Assembly (NCBI GenBank): GCA_964016885.1
Contig: OZ024742.1
Location: 231,384,001-231,448,000, forward strand
Direction of reading: 5' to 3'
DNA from: Eledone cirrhosa
Lineage: Eukaryota
Length of the DNA: 64,000 nt
A program made the position numbers and the translations under genes. Below the pieces are notes generated by a model that was not told where the DNA came from, did not search any database, and saw only the letters and a program-made list of their open reading frames with translations. Below, piece by piece: positions 25,188-37,678 of this stretch (position 1 is its first letter; each line of letters opens with the position of its first letter).

Positions 25188-25300
25188 CTATCAGCAGCGT
25201 CAGGTGAAATAACTTCATCGCTTTTATTTTTTTTCATTTCGCAACTCGGAAGTGCTACATTTGTAACAATTTCCTCACTTTCATTTACTTCCTTTTTATC
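25188..25300 (-). CDS. ACIN1: Acinus coding exon D (113 nt, phase 0-2)
   Basis: TTTCAG acceptor and AG|GTTAGT donor. Encodes DKKEVNESEEIVTNVALPSCEMKKNKSDEVISPDAAD. Confidence 0.82.
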
Positions 25301-26736
25301 CTGAAATACAGAGCAAAATTTCATTACATTAAATGGAATATTACTACTACAGTTACTGCTATTATTCTAGGTTTATATATCTTGAGCCAAATCTAAAATA
25401 TATATATATATATATAATGGAATCCATCAAAAAACCACATGCTATCATACAAAAAAGGTCCTTATATTTCAGGTAAAATACACTTTTACAAAGGTGCTAA
25501 GAGAACACAAGAGAAACTATGTTCACAAAGGTAACATGCCCAATTTATTATATATATTAATATATTGATTATATTATATATCAATTTGACATGCCACCTT
25601 AATGAACATACAATATCTTTCTTTCATGTTCTCATAAGACCCTTGAAAAAATATTACCCCGGAAATATAGGAACCATTTAAGTAACATTCAATATTTTAT
25701 TTTTGTTTTTTTATATTTAATATATAAAATAGCCATTAAATGATGATGATGGTGAGAGGAGTTAAATCATACAATCCTCCTAAATGATGCTTATACATTA
25801 TTATTTTCATTTTATGTCTGCTTTCCATGCTGTCATGGAAAAGTTGTCATGGTCAGAGCAACCACGTTCCATATTTGGTATGATTTCTAGTTAGATGTCC
25901 TATTTAAGGTCAATTACCTTACAGAGCAGACTGGGTGTATTTTATTGTGGCACCAACACTAACACTTTACAGAGTTTACTGAGGGCATCAGAATTTGAGA
26001 GGCTTAGCCAAACCAAAGAATAATCACAAACCCTATATTGTCTGATTGCCAACCACTTCACTTACTGGGTGCATTTTATTGTGACACAAGTGCTAGAGAA
26101 GTTGAATACTACTTAGAACAAGAACACCCTTTCTACTTTGTTGTCTTCACCTGGTCATCCACTATTGGAGAGGATGAGGCAGAGTGATGTTTTATTTTTA
26201 TTCTACCTTCTATCAACATGTTAGAAGATATCTAAAACTTAAACATATTATTCCTATAGAAAATATTTAATTATTATTTTCAAAATTATTTGAAAATTAT
26301 ATTTCATTAGAAATATAGTAACAAAAGGGTTAAAGGTACTTTGGTGAAGATGCAAGCTTAGTGGTTAGTGTGTTTCACTCTTGACCCCTAATCCCAGACA
26401 TTGTGTCCTTGTATGCAGCACTTTACTGGCAAAAATGAGGTGTACCTGTAATTCAAAGGTCCAACCTTTTCACCCTTGTGTCACACAATCTCTCTAAGAA
26501 CAATGTTGAAGGTACACATGTCTGTGGAATGCTCAGCTATGTGCAAATTAATTTCACAAGCAGGCTATTCAGTTGTTTCAACACTCATCATCAGAACAAA
26601 CAGAGATCCAACAAAAACAAAGGCATTCTTCCTGAGAACATATATCTATAGAAGCTATTTAAAGGGATTCCCACTTACAGATTGCCTGTTTTAGAAATTA
26701 TTTACTGAGCCAAATTATACACACAATTTTAAATAC

Positions 26737-27037
26737 CTGTTCCTCTGGAGATTTTGTAGGTGTCTTCTTCTTTTCTGGCGAGCTGGAAGCAGAACTTGAC
26801 CTGGAATTGGATGGGGACCGGGATCTAGACCGTGAGGGAGACCGGGATGAACCTGAGTTTGACCATGACCGAGAACGGGAGGCTGAACGGGATCTTGAAG
26901 AGGCAGATCGTGATCGGACTCTTGTTTCTGAAGACTTTATGTCAGATTCCTTTCTTGAACTGCTCGAAGATGACCGGGATCGAGAACGAGAGGAATGAGA
27001 ACGAGATCTTCGGTTGCTTGAATGAGACGACACAGAC
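26737..27037 (-). CDS. ACIN1: Acinus coding exon C, RS/Ser-rich (301 nt, phase 2-0)
   Basis: TTTGTAG acceptor and CAG|GTATTT donor. Encodes SVSSHSSNRRSRSHSSRSRSRSSSSSSRKE...KKKTPTKSPEEQ. Confidence 0.88.
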
Positions 27038-30000
27038 CTACAAAGAGAAAATATTTTAAAAGATCTTAATTATCAGTTATGTAGAAAATCAAAACGTGTA
27101 AACTAACTTTATACAAATAATAACATTTTCAAAGGACCCTCTAATCAACTTCACAGACCTTTTATTAGAGATACAATTCAAAGTTTGCTTCCATTAAACC
27201 CTTTTGATACCAAACTGCCTGAAATTGCTTCTAGTTCTATAATATAAAATCTTTAATTTTAACATTTTTATAACCATTCCTAATGGAATACATTCTATTT
27301 CAATTAATTAAAGAATTTGTAAGGGTTTACTAACTAATATGGTTCTTATGTAACATTATGTCGGAAGATTTTAATTGAAATAACAACCCTTTAAAATAGG
27401 TGGTATTGTTTCATAGAACCAGAGGAGGTTTTGGCTGGGTCCAGTATCAAAAAGATTAAAATGCTTATATCGATAAAAAGCGTTCATCAAAATTTTGTTT
27501 ATGAACCTGTTAATTTGTTCCAAGCACCACCTTAATAATGAAGAAGTTAGTTACATTACTAAATCCGTCCAAATTTGTAGAATCAAGGGCAGTTTCAGGT
27601 GGTTTGGTATAAAATGGATTAACACTTGAGCTGTGTAATTTACCTTGTTGATAAAATTCTCAATGAATATATTATCAAAAATACACTGCACCAAGTTTGT
27701 TATTTTATCAAATATATCAAGTATTACTTTTGAGGAAGTATGATTGATAATTGATCTGCTGGGAAGGAAATGAAAATATCTCATCAGATTCACAAAATAC
27801 ATTTCATATGCATGTTGGAATTAGGATTGGAGTTCCCTTGTTGGCTGGTATATATGTGTATGTGGGTGTGTGTAAATATATAAAGTGGGGTATGTGGAAT
27901 GAGCTTGCTGAATCAGATGAGATATATTCATTTTCTTCAGACATCATTTATATAGGTGTGTGTGTGTATATATGACTTACGTGCCCATCTTTAAAAAAAA
28001 CATGAAACATTATGCTTGGATTAGGAGAGGGAGAAAGTTTTTTTTTTTTTATAATTATTTCAACTTTTTGATACTAACCCACCAAAAACTACCTTTAATC
28101 TTACAAGACAAAACCAATATTAAGGGTTCCTATTTAAAGTAGCCTCTTCCAACACAATCTTGTGTTAAAAATATAATAAAATAAATTATTTTAGTAAATC
28201 AATTCAAATACAGTGAAATAATAAAATGGTTACATATCTTGAAAGAAATATAAAAACCAACACAGACCTACTTCACTAAAATAAACATTTGAGCATTTCA
28301 ATTGCAAAATTATGAAGGGCACATTTTAAAATATGTAATAACTATAGTTGGAAATACCGTATATACTTGAATATAAGCTGAGACCCCCACCAACACCACC
28401 ATTTAATGTCTGAGAAATGGGCAAAAATCCAAACCTTGTTCATAAGCTAAGGCAGCTAATTAACACAGTATGTTTAGATGGTGTGGTTTTGAAATTCTCA
28501 TGAGTATAAAATATATTTATGACATTTTAATATTCAAAATGTTTTAAGAGTCACTTAGAATATAGTTTTTTTGTTTCACAACTCCATATTACGCAAAGCT
28601 TTTTTACAATTTCACTCGATTTATAGTTTCAACAAGTTTCTAGAATTTTTGTTTACTTCCAGCCACTTATGTGCTGGGAGTAGTTCAAAGCAAAAGATTG
28701 AATAAGAAAACTTTGTATAGTAATTTATAGAGAAGAGGGATGGAGAGACAGCAATCAAAAGAGGAGAGGCAGAAGGGAGAGACAGAGAGAGTGAGAGCAA
28801 TAAAACACAAGTCAGAAGTAAGATTTCAATCTTACATCAGACTGAAAGAAAACATTAACCCTTTAGCATTCTCATCACTCTACATCTACTATTGTATTTT
28901 CAGTAAAAGCTTTATCTCACATATCGAATCTACGATATTTTGATATTTATTTTAAGAACAATACCTTAACGTTGGTATGAGCGGCCGGTTATGACCAGTT
29001 TCAACAGAAAGAGGTGAGAGAATTCTGGCCGGATGTGGCCGGCTTAAATGCTAAAGGATTAAGTCAGAGAAAAAGTCGGCATGAATGTATGTGTGAGCGC
29101 GTGCATGTATTAAAAAGTTCAAATTATAAAAATTCATTGGAAATATTTTCAAGGGAATGCATAAATAACACTAATTACAATTAAATATAGAAAAACAGTG
29201 TTACATTGTAAAATAATGACTCAGATATTTTAGCACCTTATTTACATAGAATTTGAAGTTGGTGAAAATTGGCAAAATATTGACCACAAATAAGCCAACC
29301 TCTCCCATTTTACCATCATTTTTTTGGCGTCATATTTCTCAGCTCATATACAAGTATATACAGTAATTCTTTTTGTTTTTCCTTTCCAAAATAAAATTGA
29401 ATTTTTTCAGTGGGGTAACTTAAATTTAAAAAAAGCTGTTAATTACTTAGCACATTTTCTGTTATCTGTGTTATCCAGTTTAAAATAAGTATTCTGTATC
29501 CTTGCATTTTTAAGAGGTAACTAAGAATAGTGCTGTCTCAAAAAGGACCCCATGAATAAGTATAAAGGTCATCAAGGGTCTCCACAAAGCAGGGAAAGAC
29601 CTTAAAATGCTTGTATTTTTTTTATTTTCATATTTATCTTATGGAGCAGGGACATCTGAAGGTGGGAGGGGTAACTTTGGGGCCAAAACCTGGCATTTGT
29701 ATAAGAAATAAAAAATACATAAAATAATAAAACTTATTTAAATAGGTTTCTGATTTATATAGAATTTGTCTTTCTCTACTTGATTTACTGATTTATTTAC
29801 GTATTTTTGTACATGTCTAGGATCTATGAGGGAGTTGAGGATCCCATGAAGAATTTGATGGTCTAAAAAGTTTAGAATCCTCAAGTCACAGTACAATTCA
29901 TAATAGACACAAACTATAAATATAGAGCTAATTTTTATTTCTTTTACAGATTGATGTCTGTCTTACATACACCAACTACCTACATATGTCACATGTTATC

Positions 30001-31422
30001 TTTTTTATTAGTGGAAGATGTCAAAAATGCTATAAAAATCGAAACAATAAATTAATGATAAAAAAATGTATACATAAAAATAATGCCCTCTAAATTTAAT
30101 TAAAATAATAGGGCATTAACTTATCAAAGTACCACACGAAACTGCACTGGTAAGACATTTTTGAAAAGTACAAAACACCACTGACTGCATCACATTAAAA
30201 TTGAAGTCTCTTGTTTACTGCAATGTTCAAAAGATCTGTCCACTAGTAGAGGTATGATAAACCTTTGGATATTTAGATATTTTCTGCCTAACCATTATGT
30301 GGGAGGTTAAGTGCTTAAAATGATTCTAAACTATGTAAATATTTGAAGATATCAACTCTGAAATCATGAGTACACTAAAGTACTTTCAGTAAAAAAAAAT
30401 CCTTGTTTTATACCCATACTATAAGACTGTCATTCATTAACTTAAGATACTAACTGGAATTGATTAGTTATTGCATCATACCTTTCATTTTTTAATTCCT
30501 TGCAATAATAAAAGTTTTGTGTTTTCTTTAGATAAAAATTCAACATTTTTAAACACTTCTGTTATATTTCAAAAGCTGTACTTGTCTAGCAAGTGACTTG
30601 ATCTGAAACTGCATTTTGAAACTAAATCAATTACATTGGAAGAGTCATTTTAACCATTTAAAAACAAAAATGTTAAATTCACTTTACATTTATTCCTTGA
30701 TCAAAAAATAAATGTCAATGTAAAATAAACAGGCTTTCTTTTGCTTGAATGGTTAGAATGACTTCCACCATGTAATTACTTGATCTCGTTACATTGTTAA
30801 TCCAATATAAACAAACATTTTCTTACTGCTCTTAATTTGCAGATAAATAAAATAGTACAAAGTTATTGAATATTTTAGTGTGCAATCTAGTGTACACTAT
30901 GTTAATGACCTGACTTGTCTAACATGTCAAGATTAGTTTTTGTAGTTGAGGTAGAGTGCATGCTGAACTGTAAATGTGCAGATGGACTGCATGCTAAAGT
31001 GGCACTATATTATCACTTCAATCAGAGACTAAAGCAAGAAGCAACAAGAAAACTATCAGATCTAAACCATATCCAGTAAAAATAAATTTAACCTTATCCC
31101 AAAACAATTATTTTAATTAAGCAGGGAGCCTTCAGACAGAAGAGATTATATATTGTAACATGCATGCTTTTCCAAAGTGAAATAAATCTGGAATTTAAAC
31201 CAAATACACAACACTCACTAAACAATGTTGTAATCACTGTTCTACTTTCCTCATAAGACAAATAAATGAATCCCAGAAGGCAGATTTAAACTCCTAAACT
31301 TCCTAAAAATTTCTCCAGTAAATAATTTGATCCATTCCTAATCCATATTTCTAATAAAATAAACTTATACATTTTCAAATTATTTTGAAAATCACCAAGA
31401 ATTTGACAGATTTTACTAATAT

Positions 31423-31698
31423 GTACCAGTAATGCACTGGGTTATTGCTGGCCTTGTGCCTAAAGTAGAAACAATTATTATTTATCTAGTGTGGATGGGC
31501 GATGGATTGGCAGTATCGGTAGAGTCGGACGCCATGCTTTGACGCATAGAGTTACGGCCCTTGCCATTCTGAGTTCAAATCCCGCCGAGGTTAACTTTTC
31601 CTTTCATCCTTACGGGGTTGATAAAATAAAGTACCAGTAATGCACTGGGTTATAGCTGGCCTTGTGCCAAAAGTAGAAACAATTATTATTTATCTAGT
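31423..31698 (+). mobile_element. 5'-truncated SINE followed by a full-length SINE
   Basis: Full copy at 31497-31690 has A and B boxes. The upstream 31423-31490 repeats its 3' end. Confidence 0.85.
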
Positions 31699-34600
31699 AT
31701 TTAATTATGATAAAAGATGTTAAGATAAATATAAACACTTTAAAACCATGTTGGTTTGTTAGAATTTACTTTTACTAATTATTCAAAAGTGTGTGTTCAG
31801 GCAATTCTTTGAAGTTATATCAAAACAATTTATAAATAAAAACAATGATCTTTCAGAACAACATTAGTTTTAAACTTTCTGATACCAACCCACATGAAAC
31901 TGACCTCGGTTTTATTATACAAAACTGACTGTTTTAAAGTGCTCATATTAAAAAACCTTCTAATATTTTTGTTAAGTATCAGTTTAAGAATGAAAAAGTT
32001 AAGCTATATTACTAAATTCTTTCAAATTTTTCATTATTTTCCAAATAAATTGCAATGCAGTATATCTAAAAAGGGTTTTTAAATTCTAGTATATACTTAT
32101 CAAGAAATTATATAGACTGATTTATTCAGACTAGTGCCTTTGCCTTGGCTGTTGTGATCACATTTCAGCTGTTGTACCCTGTGACCAAGATGAAGACACT
32201 AATCAGAATAAATCAGCTTATAATAATTCCTCATTTCAGAAATTCAAACAAAACTTATCAAATGTGTGTTGTAATGTCTTAACATTCTGTATCACGAGAC
32301 AGCTCTTAAAAAGTACAAAACAGCACTATGACTTTATTACATGAAAAATTAAAACCTTGGTCCTAATACATCAATGTGTCCACTAGTAAAGATAAACATT
32401 TTAATTGACAAACCTGTTTTTAGATATGATCTGCTAAATCATTTACAGGATGTTAAAAGTTAAGAAACCTTCAGAAAATGAGCTAATTGTAACAATAATT
32501 GGAGACATTGTTAATGTTACATTAAATATATAGATTTAAGTGATTTTTTAAAAAAAGTTGAGGCAAAGAAACTAGTTTAGAATATAAAAATGGTATTGTT
32601 TACATTACATTGCAATAAAAATGTTCATTCTTAACATCTCTTATCATATAAAGAGAGCCAGAGTTTCAGTGTATTCAGAATTTCTTAGCTTAATCAAAAA
32701 TTGTTTTAAAAGATTTTAATCAGTTAACTGAAAGTGATTGCCCAATGATTATGATGAAAATACATAAAATAAAACCAGCAAACAATTTTTTTTAATATTG
32801 TTTATATAACGAACATTTCTTTTTTTTTTTTAAATCCAACTTTTCAATTTGGGTAAAAATAATTACCTAAAATATGGTATTTGTATATTTAAACTAATTC
32901 TATTTTCATTTAAAATATGAAAATATAGACAGACATGAGTGGATGTTTAAGAAGATTGCTATACATTCTTGTGCTTTCAGTGATATTTCTTTATGTCCCA
33001 CATAAACAATATCCTGCAGTTTAGAGATGTGATGAAGGCCAGCAGCATACAGCATACTTAAAACTTATGAGTGGGTTGGCATCAAGCCATAGCAAAACCT
33101 CCACAAAAAGTACTGCCCAAACATTCCATACTTGCATGGAAAAGCAGGTGTAAAACGAAAGAAAATTGAAAATGTGGCAGACTTTTCCTCTTATATTTTT
33201 CTGAATTCTAGGTATGTCCCACCCACCCCCCAAAAAACTATATAGAACAATCTGTAGGAGTTTAGTTCCATTTTGGTTTGATCACCATCCCATCCATGAT
33301 TCATATCAACTTTGAAAATCTCACAAAACAAACAACTGGATCTCATTACATACAATAAAGGAATTATTTCCCAAACAAAAATATAATGGATACAAAAAAA
33401 AAAAAAAAAATTAAATATATAGTTCCATCAGATAGTTGGTCTCTGTGCTTGTCACCAACTGCAATATCATGGAAAATAATAAAACCACTATGACCAGTTC
33501 AGAAAATAAAATAAAAATTAAAATGTTATTAGTAAGAAATGTTAAACTAAATATTTTTATTCCAGGCATTTCACTTTTAAAAAATAAAAAAAATAAATGT
33601 TAAACTAGATTTAGCATTTATATTATACATATACTATCATATTTTCACATAATATTGGATCTATAAGATTTTGAGAACAATACCGTAACATCATAAGTAT
33701 GAGCAGCTGGTTACAGCCAGGTTAAACAGAAAGAGAGAACACTAAAGGGTTAACCCTGTAAACCCCACCAAAACTAAGTATTAAAGTGTCAAATTTAAAT
33801 TCAAATCTTGGACCCAAATCTTATGACAAATAGTGTTAGTGGGTTGGCAGAATCATTAGAGTATCAAACAAAATGCTTGTGTTGTTTATCTCAGCCTTTT
33901 ACATATGGAGTTAAAATCTCAGATGTCAATCTTACTTTTCATTTTCCCAAGGTCAATAAAATAAAGGTTCAGTCAGGAATTGGGAATGATTTAATTGACA
34001 TGTCCCTTACCCTAAATTGCTGTCTTTGTGCCTAAATTAGAAATAATTAAATTCAAAGTTATTTATTTCACTGAACCTCTCATAATTTGTGATTATTTTA
34101 ATTAAAACACAAAACAATATATTTTTGCTATTAAAAATTGTTATATTTTCCAAAAAATTAAAGCTGTTATAGTTCAAAAATAGGATATGTAATGTACATC
34201 TTAGATATACTTTAAAACAATATTTATAATTTTGAACTGGTTGGATTGGTCAGATAGCTAGTTTTTAAGTACTTTAAACAATATCATATCTATACTGGCA
34301 TAGAATGGACAAGACTTTTAAAGGTAATTTTCTATAAACAAGATGCCCTTCCTGGTGCCAACTTGTTTTTTTTTTTTAATAAAGTATTTGTACCATTGAA
34401 CTTTACACATTGAAAGCACTTACACAAATATCACCAGATACCCAAGTGTCAATGTGAAGAAAAACATGCATGTACATGTACACACACACACACACACGGC
34501 AAGATTGAGGACACTTATCACAAAGGAAACATCCAATGAGTTGTAATTTCAAGGAAGCTCAACCTACAGTTGTGAAGTGTAACAACTATATATATATATA

Positions 34601-36627
34601 TCCTGCTATAAAAAACCATACCAAAACTAGAACACATTTTGGTACCAGTAGCTTTAGAGAACTTGGGACCCTATCTAATATTCAAGAAACATCAACTGAG
34701 ATGCAACCTCATAGGAGGCCAGCTAAACCTACATAGGTGTGAGCCATGTTTTGCAAGAAATGAGAATATAGCTTCTAGTGTAATAATCCTACACAAATAA
34801 ATATTCCATCATCAATTTGCAATGTTAACATGTCATGTGTAGTAGTTTATAAACAGATACACTGTATCCCTGCAAATTTTGTAGGGTTAGATTAAAAATT
34901 TCATCAATTAAGTAAAATAATTTGGGGCTCCTGTCTACAGCTCAGTCACATTCTCCCCATGAATCTATGTGTGTGTGCACACTCTTCTCTTTTAATCACT
35001 GATAAATCTAAAAACCTATCAACATTTGATTGAAATACAAGTTGTGTGAAGAAACGCAAAATACCCTAACACCAAAGTTAGCAAATGGAAAATATGTTTA
35101 CACACAATGAAGACACAGAAGCTCTTTGATGGGACTAAATAAGACTTTCTTACACACTACATTTATAATTCTAATTATTAAACACTAATAATTCAAAGAT
35201 AATTAATACCATTAGAGGAAGACAACTCTGTACAAACCAATCAATAGAAATGTTCTCATTTGTCACACAAAAAACATAATATAAAAAATAAATGAAACTA
35301 GATGTGCAAACTTCAAATATAATAACTTTCTACTGAGTGTTATATTTCACATTAAACAGATTTTGAACATAACAAGGGTTCCATTTAAAAACATTGACAA
35401 AAATAGAATTCACTAGCAGAATTAAACCACATAAATGAAAGCTGATATAATAGTGCATATAAAAATATCTAAATTTATGAAAAATTCTCTGAAATATATA
35501 ACATATGCCAAAATACAGTCCAATCTTAAAACAAAACAAACCCTGTAAAGTTTATCAAATTTCTCAACAAATTAACTGAATGCTGTAACAAACTTTAAGT
35601 GAACTAAATTAGCTTTTTATTAATTTCTAAGGAAGAAAAATTACATTAAGGCAAATTTAAATGAATGCTTTATGGTGCTAAATAAACATTAAAAGCTAAT
35701 ATTTAATTAGCCAAATTTCTAAAAACACAAGGACTCTGTAAACTAATCTAATGTGAAGAATAATTTTAAAAAGACAAAAAGGAATATATACAACATGACA
35801 ACATGGAAGTAGAGGTAACTTAGGAAAACTAAATGCAATGAACTATATGACAAGCTGAAACAATGAAATAAGATTAAATTAAATTTTTAAAAAAGGGAGA
35901 AAAAGAAAAAAGAATTTCCTAAGCAACACTTACTTTCGTACAGCCACTTGTGTTTATACTGGCTCCAAGATCAGTTCGGTCCAAATCGCCAACAAAATTG
36001 TCAGGGAATTGACAGTGACTATGTGAGTACACAAAGCCAATCTTTTGACCAAATAGCACTAAATTAGTTGCTAGTAGTCACAGCAAGTGTTATTTGGTTT
36101 TGCCTTTTTTGTTTTGTCCTCTTTTAACATAAAAATAACTGTTGAATTCTAGAGTTTAAGCTTGTGGGTATATATGTATAATATATATAGTATTATTTAA
36201 TACACAATATAAGAAAAGCCAACTCAAATTTAGTAACAAGTACATATGAACAAATAATATTAGAAGACGAAATGACCTATAATATATATAACTATATACT
36301 GACCTTACAGTTACAGAATAATTACAGCATCATAATTAGCCTTAAATCAATAGAAGGTAGCTAATGCCTTACATCAATACTATTGTTAATCAAACAAATG
36401 ACAGTAGAAATAAATTACCTTCACAAATCTTGAAAAATGTTTGTGTCTCCATGTATGTATAATATAAAGACAAAGATACCAGGTGTATTCAATAAAACAG
36501 TTCAGTTCAAAATTCTTAAATTTTATTTCTAAAAATATAGGAATCGTTTTTTTTTTCTTCTTTTTTTCCAGTAATCATTTTGCCATCCACACATTCTAAA
36601 AACTACAAATTCATTATATATGTAAAC

Positions 36628-36660
<33 letters not shown>

Positions 36661-36759
36661 AGAGAAAATGTATAACATTATAATTTCCATTTAAAATTAT
36701 TATTTTGTTAATTTTTACATCTATACATTGGAACATGTAACAAAATAAATAAATAAATG

Positions 36760-36961
36760 TTAACCCTTTCGTTACCATATTTCTGATGAAAGACTATGAA
36801 ATAATTTTCAAGAAATTGGAAAGATTTAGTAAAATAACTAATGTTCTCATTAAGTTGCAGTTTGAAGGTTCTTACATAAAACCATGATGGAAGGGTTTTA
36901 GATAAATCTAAACACTTAAAACAAAGAGCGGCTTCAGGTAATTTGGTATCAAAAGGGTTAA
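36760..36961. mobile_element. piggyBac-type MITE family B (many decayed copies, e.g. 3701-4323, 11116, 17563, 27196-27460, 41597-42031, 42058-42266, 44983, 47629, 63348)
   Basis: TTAA CCCTTTCGTTACCA ... TGGTATCAAAAGGG TTAA. Confidence 0.78.
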
Positions 36962-37645
36962 TGGTTTCAGAGAATTTTAATTGATATATATCTGTATATC
37001 ACCACTACTTTCATATGAATCAAGTCAAGCATACATTTAGCTATGCAAAAAAAAAAAAACAACAAAAAAAAACATCTTAATGAACACACCACATATCTAT
37101 ATAAACATACATATAAACACAAACACTTACATAATATATTAAATTATAAAACTATTGCCAAAACTATAACGGTCCAAGTCATATAACAAAATCAATAACG
37201 AAATGATTGTTACAAATTTTGATTTAAACATTCTATTCATGAGGAAAATATGACAGCAATACTAAGCTTGTATTGCTACATATTTCCATACAACTGCACA
37301 CTTTAGACAATTGGAAGAAAATAAAGAAATTTAAATAAAATAACCAAGAAGCTTAATCCCTGAATTCAACAGAATAAGAAGCAGTAGAGTAGAAGAAACA
37401 GACTCAACTGCAAGCAGTAATCTAGAAACAACCAAAGTCAGTCCTGTTCAATTAAAACTTCTTTATTTTGTACTAGAAGGTACAAAGTACTTATACAGGG
37501 GTTTTTTTTGTTTGTTTGTTTTTAGTCCAAAGAGAATGTTTTTTGCAATGACATAATATGTCAGTCATACTCATACAATATACAAAACATGCTACAGTCT
37601 AGCATTTAAAAAAAAAAAAAAAAAACTAACACATACATTTTTTTT

Positions 37646-37678
<33 letters not shown>

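Noticed and set aside
27032-27040. Exon C also starts with GT (TAG|GTCTGT)
   Set aside because: The reconstituted site TTC|GTCTGT is a poor donor, so it is not a convincing recursive site.
26807-27059. Plus-strand RD/RE-rich ORFs
   Set aside because: Antisense of the RS-rich exon C.
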